From an uncultured delta proteobacterium (GTDB lineage Bacteria > Desulfobacterota > Binatia > UBA9968), in NCBI GenBank assembly GCA_963755715.1, contig CAVWLW010000050.1, forward strand, positions 128,001-192,000: a DNA stretch of 64,000 nt, in the 5' to 3' direction. The notes beneath the pieces were generated by a model, which was not told the origin of the DNA, ran no database searches, and saw only the letters and a program-made list of their open reading frames with translations. Shown here piece after piece: positions 1 to 9,509 of the stretch. A program made the translations under genes and the position numbers. Each line of letters begins with the position of its first letter. Positions within the stretch are counted from its first letter, which is position 1.

Positions 1-1201
1 TACGACAGCGGCGATTATCCCGGTTTGCTGTCGACGCTGCTGGAAAAAATCGACTACGACAAATTGCGCGAGGAGCAAAAGCAGGCGCGCGCCAAGGGCA
101 GACTCATGGGCATCGGCATCGTCATCGGCGTCGAGCCCGGCGGGCGCAACGCGGCGCGCGACATGGCGATCTTCCCGGAGATGAAAGAGCCGCCCGGCTC
201 CGGCGGCGTCAACGGCGCCAAGATCAAATTGGAGAAGAATGGCACCCTGTCGCTGCACCTCGGATCGCCCAACTGCGGCCAAGCGCACGAGACCACCACC
301 GCGCAAGTCGCCGCGGAGATTCTCGGCTCGACACCGGACAAGGTCAGCACCAGCATTCCCTTCGATAGCGACTTGTCGGCATGGGGCGTCGCCGCGGCGA
401 ACAGCGGCAACAACTTTCATCTCTACGACATTGGCGCGATCCACGGTGCCGCCACCCGGCTGCGCGAAAAGATTCTCAAGCTCGCGGCGTTCAATCTCAA
501 AGTGGCGCCGTCCGAGTTGACCATCGAAGACAGCGTCGTAAAGATCCCCGGGATAGCCGCGAAACAGATCACCTTCGCGGAACTTGGCCGCATCGCCTAC
601 AACAATCAACATCTCATCCCCGACGATATGGAAGCGGGACTGGAGGCGACGTTCTACTACATGTTTCCTCACGCCAAACCGAATATCGTGCCCGGCGCCG
701 ATCGCATGGTGCGCGCGCAGTTTACATTTTCGGCCGGGCGCCCACGCCGCCATCGTCGAAGTGGATAAGAACACCGGCGCGGTCCACGTGATTCGCTACC
801 TCATCGTCGGCGACAACGGCGTCGTGATCAATCCCGATGTGGTCAACGGCCAGGTTTACGGTTCCGCCGCCCACGGCATCGCCGTCGCGCTCGGCGAAGG
901 CTTCATGTATAGCCCTGAGGGACAGCCGTTGACGATCACCTATCTCGATTACGGCAAATGCTCGACGGCGGAGACGCCGCGGGTCGAAGTGATTCATCGC
1001 CCGTCACCGTCGCCTTATACGTCGCTCGGACAAAAAGCGGCGGGCGAAGGCGCGGCGATCCCCTCGCCCGCCGCCATCGCCAGCGCCGTCGAAGACGCGC
1101 TGCAACCTTTCGGCGTCAAAGTATGCGATCTGCCGCTCACGCCCGAAGCGGTTTGGCGCCTCGCCAATCACAACCCCGAAAGCGAGCGGAGGACTTTTTA
1201 A
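1..1201 (+). CDS. Xanthine dehydrogenase/CoxL-family molybdopterin-binding subunit, C-terminal part (5' end outside window; 1-bp frameshift near 737)
   Basis: ORFs 25..768 and 584..1201 join into one protein with family motifs GQAHETT, AIVEVDxxTG, INPDVVNGQVYG, DY, GQKAAGEG; extra G in CGGCCGGGCG near 737. Confidence 0.88.
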
Positions 1202-1203
1202 GC

Positions 1204-2061
1204 ATGATCCCGGGTGCTTTCGAATATTACGCGCCGCGCTCGCTCAGCGACGCGGTCAAATTTTTGTCCGAGCACAAAGACGACGTGAAGATTCTTTCCG
1301 GCGGCCAAAGCCTGCTGCCGCTGATGAAAATGCGCCTGTCCAAGCCCGGCTTTATAGTCGACATCGGGCGCATCCCGGGTCTCGACACGATTAGCGAAGA
1401 AGGCGGCAACTTGATCGTCGGCGGACTCGTGACCCACGCGCACATAGAATATTCCGACCTGCTCAAAACTAAATGTCCCCTGCTGCCGCAAACCGCAACG
1501 ACCATCGCCGACGTCCAGGTGCGCAACCGCGGCACCCTCGGCGGCAGCATCGCCCACGCCGACCCGGCCGGCGATTGGCCGGCAACCGTCATCGCGCTCG
1601 ACGCGGAAATCAAGATCGCCGGGCCGAACGGCGAGCGCTGGGTCAAATGTGATGAGTTCTTTCTCGGCTTGCTGATGAGCGTGCTCGAGCCTGACGAAAT
1701 CGTCACCGCGATCAAAGTTCCAGTGACCGGCGCTGACAAAACCGCCTACTTAAAGGCGGCGCCGCGTTCTTCCGGCTTCGCCGTCGTCGGTGTCGCCGTG
1801 CGCCTGACACTGGATGCGGCGGGAACTTGCAGCCGGGCCGCTGTCGGCATCACCGGCGTCACCGACAAGGCTTACCGACCGGATCGTCTCGAGCAAATGC
1901 TTACGGGGAAAAAATTGGATGCAGTGCTGATTCAGCAAGCGGCGGCCGAGGCCTGCCGCAACATCGAAGCGATCGAAGACATCAACGGCTCCGCCGAATA
2001 CCGCAAACAACTGACCGAGGTGTATGTCACCCGGGCAATCGAAGCCGCGCTGAAAGGATAA
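1204..2061 (+). CDS. CoxM/xanthine dehydrogenase family FAD-binding subunit
   Basis: MIPGAFEYYAP start, SGGQSLLPLMK, QVRNRGTLGGSIAHADPAGD, SAEYRKQL motifs. Confidence 0.92.
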   Translation: MIPGAFEYYAPRSLSDAVKFLSEHKDDVKILSGGQSLLPLMKMRLSKPGFIVDIGRIPGLDTISEEGGNLIVGGLVTHAHIEYSDLLKTKCPLLPQTATTIADVQVRNRGTLGGSIAHADPAGDWPATVIALDAEIKIAGPNGERWVKCDEFFLGLLMSVLEPDEIVTAIKVPVTGADKTAYLKAAPRSSGFAVVGVAVRLTLDAAGTCSRAAVGITGVTDKAYRPDRLEQMLTGKKLDAVLIQQAAAEACRNIEAIEDINGSAEYRKQLTEVYVTRAIEAALKG

Positions 2062-2087
2062 TCTTTTCGCTCACCGGCGAGAATCGC

Positions 2088-2109
2088 AGGGCACGGCATG
2101 CCGTGCCCT
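2088..2109. repeat. Perfect 22-bp palindrome, REP-like (GTAG-family type)
   Basis: AGGGCACGGCATGCCGTGCCCT between convergent genes, followed by a T-run. Confidence 0.6.
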
Positions 2110-2357
2110 TTTTCATTTCCGACGGATAAACCGCAATCGGATACTCGTTGCCGTAGTAACGATCATCCGAGAATTCTGCCGCTCGCGCGCTCCCGTCGTG
2201 TGCCCGATCCAGCCAGCTTTGGTCTTCCAAGTGGCGGAGTGAGAATCCAATCGTCATCAGCAACGTCAGCGATTTTCCGTTCTCTCCCGGCAAAAACGGC
2301 GAAGCCTCCAACTAAGTGGAGGCTTCGCCGTTTAATTTTATTTTGTTAGGTCCGGCT

Positions 2358-3453
2358 TTAGATTTCCTTCGATTTGATCGAATAGGTGAAACTTTTCGAA
2401 TCGAGGCTGTCCTTGCGGCCGTTTGCGGTTTCAGCCTGAGGATACATGAGATAGGCAATCTCCGCCCCGCGCGATTGCGGCAGCTTTACATCGTGGGAAT
2501 AGTTGTAGGGCAGCCAATTCATTTCCCATGCGCCGAAAAGTTTGGCGCGGGCTTTTTTGACTTTTGGGTCGTCGATGGGCAGTGGCTCGCCCGGCAGATT
2601 TTCTTCGAGCACGACCTTGCGCACATCGGCCGGATCGACCGGCACCCAGCCGTAGCCATTTAGAAAAACTTCGGCGCGACAGTGCTGCGCTCCGGTAATA
2701 TCATCGGCTCTGCCGAGACTCTTGAACTCCGCCGAGTTCGCCACCCGGATGCCGTAAAGATCGCGCGCCGGCAAGTCCGGCCGCGCGCGCCAAGCCGACG
2801 TAGAGCGCGTTCAGGTCGGCGCATTTGCCGCCGAGATAGCCGCTCTCGAGCATGGTCGTGATATCGCCGATGCCGCAACCTTTGACCTTCGGATCGCGGA
2901 AAGTGTTGTCGACGATCCATTCGTAAATCGCGCGTGCTTTGTCGACATCGTTTTTATAGCCCATGACGATGCCTTTGGATGTCGTCGCGACGATGCCGTC
3001 GGTCCTGATGTACTTGGAGGGCTTGCGAAAATAATCGAGCACGGCTTTGTTCTCTTTGATCGCAGGATTGGGTTTCTGGCTCAGATCGACCCAGCGATCT
3101 TGCGTCATGAAGCGGCTTTTGACTTCCACCGTTGGCGACTTTTCACCCGCAGGCCATTCCGCAAAGACTAATCCGGTGCCAACCTTGTCGGTCTGCTCTG
3201 CACGGACGTTTTTATAGTTGCCGCTCCAGCTATCGGGTTCCCGTTTGAAATAGTCCGTGTTGGTCATGAGCGGCACCGGCACCCAGGCGCGCACGGCGCC
3301 GACCGGATCCGCTATGTCGATCCGAGTCGTGACCTCGAAAGTGCGCCACTTGGCGTCATTGGCGTTGGCGAACGGCGCAAACTTCGGCAGGCCACCGAGC
3401 GCCAGCCCGGCGGAAACGGTCAGTCCTTGTTTAAGAAAATCGCGACGATTCAT
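2358..3453 (-). CDS. Tat-exported transglutaminase-like protein (frameshift near 2773)
   Basis: MNRRDFLK twin-arginine signal; triad motifs GGKCADLN, QHCRAE, WVPVDPAD split over ORFs 2701..3453 and 2358..2774. Confidence 0.85.
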
Positions 3454-3669
3454 AGGGTCCCCCTCTACATCACATAGGCTTTAACGATGGAGGAAAATAT
3501 AACTGTTGAGCCATTATTGTCAATTGCTGGCAACGATAATGAATTACGCCAGCAGCCTGGCGCGCCGGTCGAGCCGCCGATAGAAGCGTTCGGGACGCCA
3601 AGAAGGCTGGAAAGCTCTTTACAAACTGGCTGCGACCCGCCGTGATCGAGAGCCGCCTGTGAACTTTGC

Positions 3670-4134
3670 TCAAAGACTTTTCAAAAAAGCCAAAACTTCT
3701 TCGGGATGGGCTTCGGCTTTCCTGACGGTCGGCCAATGTTTGACCACATCGCCTTTTGGGCCGATCACCACGGTGGAGCGGATGGTTCCCTGCACCTCTT
3801 TGCCGTACATCATCTTCTTGCCGTAGGCGCCGTACTTTTTCATCACCTCGAGGTTCGGATCCGACAGCAAGACGAACGGCAGTTTGTATTTCGCCGTAAA
3901 CTTCTTGTGCGATTCGGCGCCGTCTTTGCTCACGCCCAACACCACCGCGCCGGTTTTTTTGATGTTGGCGTTGAGATCGCGAAAGCCGCAGGCCTCTTTA
4001 GTGCAGCCGGGCGTGTCATCCTTGGGATAAAAGTAGAGCACGACCGTTTTGTTTTTGTAGTCCTCCAGCCCATGCGCTTTGCCGTCGCTGCCTTCCAAGC
4101 TGAAGGCCGGCGCTTTTTTTCCTTCGAGATTCAT
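3670..4134 (-). CDS. bcp: Peroxiredoxin Bcp/PrxQ, cysteine form
   Basis: [16 protein letters not shown] active-site motif; IRSTVVI. Confidence 0.95.
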   Translation of the reverse strand: MNLEGKKAPAFSLEGSDGKAHGLEDYKNKTVVLYFYPKDDTPGCTKEACGFRDLNANIKKTGAVVLGVSKDGAESHKKFTAKYKLPFVLLSDPNLEVMKKYGAYGKKMMYGKEVQGTIRSTVVIGPKGDVVKHWPTVRKAEAHPEEVLAFLKSL

Positions 4135-4188
4135 GTTTTCACCTAGCTCCTTATAAAAAGTTTTCTTCTCTGCCTAGTCAGGATTCGT

Positions 4189-4987
4189 TCACAATGCGAC
4201 GCGCTCGGCCGTCTTTGCCATGCGTCGAATCGGATCGTAATCACTGTCGAGGGACTCGGTAAAGCGCTCGATGCGTCCGCGCGCGAGGATCGCAAGCGCC
4301 ACGCGGGCTTTGCCGCATGCCGAGCAGCAAAGCGCGCAAGTCACGCCGCAAGGTCTCAGACACGCTCTGGGAAATCACCCACGGCGGAATCGGACTCGGA
4401 CCGAGAGTGTCGATCACCCTAATCCGTTCGGCAATTTTGTCGCTCTCGGCGAGAAGCCATTCCAATACCGTGCTGTCGATGGCCGCGCCATCCACGGCGC
4501 CGCGCAAAAGCATTTCGAACGACGCGGTATGTGCCCCGCTCTCGAATGCTTCGCCGAAAAAACCTTCGTTTTGACCGAACTCGGCGAGATAGGCGCGCAC
4601 GACGTTGTAGCCCGAATGCGACCGTGGTTCGTTATAGGCCCAAGCTGCGCCGCGGAGGTCGAATAGAGATCGATAAGGACTATCGCGCCGCACTACCACG
4701 TCGGAAAAATAAACCGGCCTGCCGAGATAACGCGCGCCGGTAGGAATCGGCGCGGCGAGAAGCTCGATCATCGGGTCCGATCGATCGGCTTTTTGAACGT
4801 AGGGCAACCCGCAAAGCCACAAGATTTGGATCTCACCCGCGTCAAATAGCCTTTCCCGTTCTTGCCAGGGAATACCGCTCACATATTCGATTGAGATACC
4901 GAGCGCATCGCCTAAATAGGCCGTGACGGCGCCGCAGAAACTTTCCGTGTTCTCGGCCATGCACGACGCGAGCTTCAAACTCGGCAT
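4189..4987 (-). CDS. PhnD/phosphonate-binding-fold protein without signal peptide (frameshift near 4295; restored C-terminus ...DSDYDPIRRMAKTAERVAL)
   Basis: WLCGLPY, YFSDVVVR, AYNEPRSHSGY, SGAH, DGAAID, P-x-PPWV motifs typical of PhnD-like proteins. Confidence 0.75.
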
Positions 4988-4999
4988 GAAAGCTCAGGG

Positions 5000-5281
5000 T
5001 TATTCGCCGACTTTGACGCCGCGCCAAAAAGCGACGTAGCTCTTGATCGAATTGGCGGCTTCCTTGGGCTCGGGATAGTACCAGGCGGCGTCTTGATTCG
5101 TCTGCTCACCGACTTGAACGTGGTAATAACTTGCCAGCCCTTTCCACGGGCAGGTCGAGTGGGTATCGCTCGCTCGGAAGAATTCTTTTTTGATCGAGTC
5201 GGGGGGAAAATAATGATTGCCCTCGACGACGATGGTGCGATCGGATTCCGCCAGAACCGTATCTTGCCACGTGGCTTTCAT
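5000..5281 (-). CDS. DUF427 (NTP_transf_9) family protein
   Basis: MKATWQDTVLAES, VEGNHYFP, STCPWKGLASYY, AAWYYPEP; GGAGGA RBS at 5294-5289. Confidence 0.9.
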   Translation of the reverse strand: MKATWQDTVLAESDRTIVVEGNHYFPPDSIKKEFFRASDTHSTCPWKGLASYYHVQVGEQTNQDAAWYYPEPKEAANSIKSYVAFWRGVKVGE

Positions 5282-5309
5282 GCGCATGTCCTCCATCGAT
5301 CTTGCTTGG

Positions 5310-6662
5310 TTATTTCTCGACGCAGCGAAACTTGGCAAACACATAAGGATAATGGGCTTGATACCAGTTGCGGAAACTGGGTCGGACCAGATCGGCATCG
5401 GTGGCCCAAGACCCGCCTTTCAGCACGAAGTGCTTGCCGTCGAAAAAATCCGCGGAGTATTCCTGATAATGGGTCATATACGGAGTAAAACCCGGAAAGG
5501 CGTGAAATTCGCTCTGGGTCCACTCCCAGCCGTTGCCGATCAGCTCGCGCACGCCCCAGAAATTCGCGCTCTCGGAATAAAAACCCACCGGTACCGGCGA
5601 CCAGTTTCGAAACCCGATGTTTCGGTTCGTGATCCTCGGGAAATAATCTCGGCCGGTCGAACCGTCCTTTGCCGGATTGGCGTAAGCGGCACGCTGAAAC
5701 TCGGCCTCGGTTGGAAGCCGCGCGCCGCGCCAATTGGCAAACGCCCTGGCTTCGGCCAAGCTGACGTAAACCGGCCATGAGCCCACTTGCTTGAGAGGCA
5801 AGAGATCAAAGACGGTGCGGTAAAACCATTCGCCGTCTTGCTTCAGCCAAAAATGGGGATGACGGATTCCGCCGTCGCGGCGCCAGATCCAATCAGCCGG
5901 CTCCCAGAAGCGCGCTTGGTCGTAGCCGCCGGCCAGCACGAACTCGAAAAACTCCTGATTCGTCACCGGTACGGAATCGATGGCAAATTCCGCGACATCT
6001 ATCGACACGGCGGGAAACTCGTTGTCCCAACCGAAAGCCAACTCGTCGAAGCTGGCTCCCAGTTGAGCGCGGCCGCCCGGCACGGTAATTTTTTTGCGCG
6101 CTGCGGCCTCGTTAAAATAATAACCGCGGAACTCTCGGGATCGAGTCTTCAGCTCTTCGGCCAGCGCATGAATCATGTAGAGCAAGGTTTCTTGATGCAT
6201 GTATTCGTGCTCGAGCACCATGGTGAAGACACGGCCGTTCTCCGCCATCACGTCTGCCGACCCGCTCGCGTAAACGGCGTCGAAAGAATTCAAAACTGCC
6301 GAGCGCACTTGATCGCGATATCTCAAAACCGCGTCGAGGCTCGGCCAATTCTCAGGCACCTCGGGATGGGCGTGGCAGGAACCGGAGTCGACGTCCGGAT
6401 CGATGCCCCGGCTAAAAATTTCATCGAAGCGGGGGTTCGGAGAGGTCCATTTCAATACCCCGGCGCATATTTGGTTCCAGGCGAATGCCGGCAGATGGCC
6501 GACATAAAAAATGAACGGGTGACGAAAAGCGATCGGCTTCGACAACATCGCCTGCCGTTTGACGATACCGAAGAGCTGATCGGACCGCGCCCACGCCGCC
6601 TGGAGTTTTTCCGAGAGACCAGAAACTTCGCTGAGAGGCTTGTAATTTTCCGCGAATGCCAT
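5310..6662 (-). CDS. Non-heme iron sulfoxide synthase (DinB_2 + FGE-sulfatase), EgtB/Egt1-like
   Basis: RHPFIFYVGH, RGIDPDVD-x3-CHAH, EHEYMHQETLLY (His triad), RLPTEAE, GNGWEWT, KGGSWAT, RPSFRNWY. Confidence 0.88.
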   Translation of the reverse strand: MAFAENYKPLSEVSGLSEKLQAAWARSDQLFGIVKRQAMLSKPIAFRHPFIFYVGHLPAFAWNQICAGVLKWTSPNPRFDEIFSRGIDPDVDSGSCHAHPEVPENWPSLDAVLRYRDQVRSAVLNSFDAVYASGSADVMAENGRVFTMVLEHEYMHQETLLYMIHALAEELKTRSREFRGYYFNEAAARKKITVPGGRAQLGASFDELAFGWDNEFPAVSIDVAEFAIDSVPVTNQEFFEFVLAGGYDQARFWEPADWIWRRDGGIRHPHFWLKQDGEWFYRTVFDLLPLKQVGSWPVYVSLAEARAFANWRGARLPTEAEFQRAAYANPAKDGSTGRDYFPRITNRNIGFRNWSPVPVGFYSESANFWGVRELIGNGWEWTQSEFHAFPGFTPYMTHYQEYSADFFDGKHFVLKGGSWATDADLVRPSFRNWYQAHYPYVFAKFRCVEK

Positions 6663-6686
6663 AATTTTCGCTCCATCGGGTAATTT

Positions 6687-6713
6687 ACTATATCCTAAAT
6701 AGAAAATTCCTAT
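6687..6713 (-). promoter_or_regulatory. LysR-type operator (ATAG-N7-CTAT-N7-ATAG) overlapping a TATAGT -10 candidate upstream of the sulfoxide synthase
   Basis: Minus strand ATAG gaatttt CTAT ttaggat ATAG T; T-N11-A dyad at 6699-6713; -10-like TATAGT at 6692-6687. Confidence 0.65.
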
Positions 6714-6753
6714 GGAACAAGGTGGGGCGGATTATTTATTGAGATTTACAGAA

Positions 6754-7665
6754 CTACGGCAGTTGCAGGAATTGGCGAAACGCTTGGGCCGCGGGGGATA
6801 ACGGCCGCTGGCGATAGAGGACCTCGTAGAAGTCCCGCTCCATTTTGAACCCCTCGATCGGCATCTCGATCAAAACGCCTTCGGCGAGCTCACGGCTGAT
6901 GGAGGTGCGGGAAAGAATCGAGACGCCGAATCCACCCAAGAGCGCTTGTTTGACCGCCTCGGTGCTGCCGAGCTGCATGGCGACATTGAGCACCTTATCG
7001 GCGGCTTCTCCCCTGCCGGCAAGCAACTCCCGAAACGAGTCCAGAGTGCCGGAGCCCGTCTCGCGGGAAATAAACCTTTCGGACTGAAGCGCACTTAACT
7101 CGATGGTTCGGCGCGCCGCCCAATGATGATTTTTCGGGATCGCGAGAACCATCTCGTCCTTCCAAATTGTTTCAAATGCCAGGCGGGCGTCGACAGCTTT
7201 GAAGCCGACATACCCGACCTCCACCTTGCCATCGACCACATCTTCGATCACTCCGGCCGAGTCGCCGATCCGCAGGATCGGTCTTACTGCCGGATATTTT
7301 TGGATGAACGCGCCGAGCTTTTGCGGCAACAAGTACTCGCCGGGAATATTGCTGCCACCGATCCAGAGTTCGCCGCTGAGCGTGCCGTGAAATTGTTCCA
7401 CGGCGGACAATGTCTCTCGCTTAAACGCAAGAAGACTGCTCGCTTTGATCGCGATCATCTCGCCCAGCGGAGTCAAACTAACCTTACCCGGAGTTCGGTA
7501 AAATAGTTTTCCGCCGATGCCTTTTTCCAGATCTTGAATATGCGCGCTGACGGTCGGTTGGCGCAACGACAGCCGCTGCGCCGCTTCGGAAAAACTGCCG
7601 AGCTCGGCGACCCAGTAGAAGACCTCGAGTTTGTGGAGATCGAGGTCTTTCTGTGGCCGAGCCAT
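6754..7665 (-). CDS. LysR-family regulator, CysL-like / selenium-metabolism-associated type
   Basis: N-terminal HTH (GSFSEAAQRLSLRQPTVSAHI); GGSNIPGEYLLP, IGDS, RETGSGT, LGSTEAVKQA motifs. Confidence 0.88.
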   Translation of the reverse strand: MARPQKDLDLHKLEVFYWVAELGSFSEAAQRLSLRQPTVSAHIQDLEKGIGGKLFYRTPGKVSLTPLGEMIAIKASSLLAFKRETLSAVEQFHGTLSGELWIGGSNIPGEYLLPQKLGAFIQKYPAVRPILRIGDSAGVIEDVVDGKVEVGYVGFKAVDARLAFETIWKDEMVLAIPKNHHWAARRTIELSALQSERFISRETGSGTLDSFRELLAGRGEAADKVLNVAMQLGSTEAVKQALLGGFGVSILSRTSISRELAEGVLIEMPIEGFKMERDFYEVLYRQRPLSPAAQAFRQFLQLP

Positions 7666-7681
7666 TTATTTCCTTGAAAGC

Positions 7682-7715
7682 GAAGCCAGGCTGGGATTCC
7701 TCTCAGCCTGGCCTC
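7682..7715 (-). terminator. GC-rich hairpin between Sec-bcp and lysR (possible weak terminator/attenuator)
   Basis: GAAGCCAGGCTGGGA-TTCC-TCTCAGCCTGGCCTC; only a short T-run on the minus strand. Confidence 0.45.
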
Positions 7716-7760
7716 CGACAAAAGCAGATCCGGCGCTGCGCCGGTAACTGGGTGGACGAT

Positions 7761-8228
7761 TTACTTCTTTAAAAATTCTAATACTTCAGCCGGGTGCGCT
7801 TCCGCGTTCCCCACTGGAATCCAGTGTTTCTTCACAGTGCCGTCGGGTCCGATCAGCGCCGTCGAGCGAATCGGTCCCTCGACCGTCTCGCCCTGGGCAT
7901 TTTGCCTCGGCCCCCAGGCGCCGTAAGCTTTCATAACCTCCACCTGCGGGTCAGAGAGCAAGGTGAACGGCAAGTTGAACTTGGCGACGAATTGATTGTG
8001 TGATTCGATACTGTCTCGGCTGACACCTAAGACCACGGCATTGGCTTGCGCTACCGGTTGACTAGCGTCGCGGAACCCGCACGCTTCTTTGGTTCAACCG
8101 GGTGTATCGTCCTTCGGGTAAAACCAGAGAATGACGTTTTTTCCGGCGTAATCGGCGAGCGAGTGCTTCTTACCATCGCTGCCCGGCAGCGTAAACGCCG
8201 GCGCCTTTTGTCCTTCTAAATTTGCCAT
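7761..8228 (-). CDS. bcp: Selenocysteine-containing peroxiredoxin Bcp/PrxQ (Sec45, 155 aa)
   Basis: ATG at 8228 with AGGAGG RBS; reads [12 protein letters not shown]...[13 protein letters not shown](8096-8094)-TKEACGFRD and continues in frame into ORF 7761..8036; TGA aligns exactly with the peroxidatic Cys of the paralog at 3670-4134. Confidence 0.85.
8064..8085 (-). promoter_or_regulatory. Bacterial SECIS-like hairpin
   Basis: AGCGU-GCGG-[GUU]-CCGC-G-ACGCU; apical loop starts 17 nt after the UGA and begins with G; not formed by the equivalent codons of the Cys paralog. Confidence 0.7.
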
Positions 8229-8360
8229 GCAAACCTCCTGTAGAGTTTGGATTGTAGCTCTTGTTTATCACACCGCTAAACCTTTGTTCAAACTTGAAAG
8301 CAAAAGTTCGCGCCCTTTCGCGTTGTCAACGGCGCAGCCAGACGGTATATTTTCGGAGAG

Positions 8361-9447
8361 ATGGCCAAACAATCTTTATTGATGGATTTGCACCGATTAA
8401 ACGGCGCCGTTTTCGCCGAGCGCGACGGCTGGGTGTTGCCGGCCCATTTTGGCGATCCAGCTGGTGAATATAGCGCCGTGCGCTCCAGCGCCGGCTTGGT
8501 CGATCTGTCGCGCCGCGGATTGTTGCAATTCACCGGCCCTGACCGCCTCTCTTTTCTCCAGGGAATGTTGTCCAACGACCTGCGCGCTTTGCAACCTTTC
8601 ACCGGTCAATACGCGACGATTTTAACCCAGCAAGGAAAAGTCGTTGCCGACGTCCGAGTTCTTTGCGCGATGAATTCTTTTTACCTCGATTTTTGGGAGA
8701 ACCTGAAAGCTAAGATCACCGACCATCTCAATCGCTATCTGGTCGCCGACGAAGTCGAAATCGCCGATCGCTCGGCGGAATACGACATTTATTTCCGTGC
8801 AGGGCCCGCGCGCCGAAAGTCTGTTAAAAACCCTCGCGGAAAATGCCGCATTGCCGGCGCAGGAGAAGCAGCACGCCATGATCGCCATCGAAGACGCGGC
8901 GGTCTGTGTGGTTCGGGATGATCACGGCATGGCGGCTTTCGACCTGATTGTGCCGGTCGCGAGCGCCGTCGGAATCGCGGAAAGACTAACTAAGGCCGGC
9001 AAGCAATTCTCGGCGGCCTGGGTCGGCGAGGATGCGCAGAACATTCTCCGCATCGAAGCTGGTATCCCGCGTTACGGCGTGGACTTTAACGAGGACAATC
9101 TACTGCTCGAAGTCGGTATCGATCACGCGGTGAGCTTCACCAAGGGCTGCTACTTGGGTCAGGAAGTCGTCGAGCGCATTCGCTCGCGCGGCCACGTCAA
9201 CAAACGACTCTGCGGCTTGTTGCTCGACAGCGCGGTAGCCGCCGATGCCGGCGATCAACTCCAAGCTGACGGCAAAGAGACCGGTAGGATCACCAGCTCG
9301 GTAATTTCGCCTCGATTGGGCCGGCCGATCGCCTTGGGTTACGTGATGAAGGAGCATTGGGAGGCGGGAACCGAACTATCGCTCCGGCACAGCGGCGCCA
9401 ATATCCACACCACGGTGGTAAAGCTCCCCTTCCCAGCCTCCCCTTGA
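8361..9447 (+). CDS. ygfZ: Folate-binding YgfZ/GcvT-family protein (frameshift near 8790)
   Basis: KGCYLGQE signature; GPDRLSFLQGMLSND; LRIEAGIP; split ORFs 8361..8921 and 8797..9447. Confidence 0.88.
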
Positions 9448-9509
9448 ATAGCCTCATCAAGTTCGTATATTTATCGGAACTTTCAAGCGGATAAGAAAGG
9501 GATGTGAGA

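Noticed and set aside
1-2061. Calling the Mo-hydroxylase an aerobic CO dehydrogenase
   Set aside because: The diagnostic active-site loop lies upstream of the window, so only a family-level call is supported
5310-6662. Canonical selenoneine (senABC) cluster
   Set aside because: No SenB glycosyltransferase or SelD/SenC in the window
5787-6683. Long antisense ORFs in the six-frame track (this one and e.g. 13253..14056, 30672..31409)
   Set aside because: Shadows of real genes in GC-rich DNA, with no motifs or RBS
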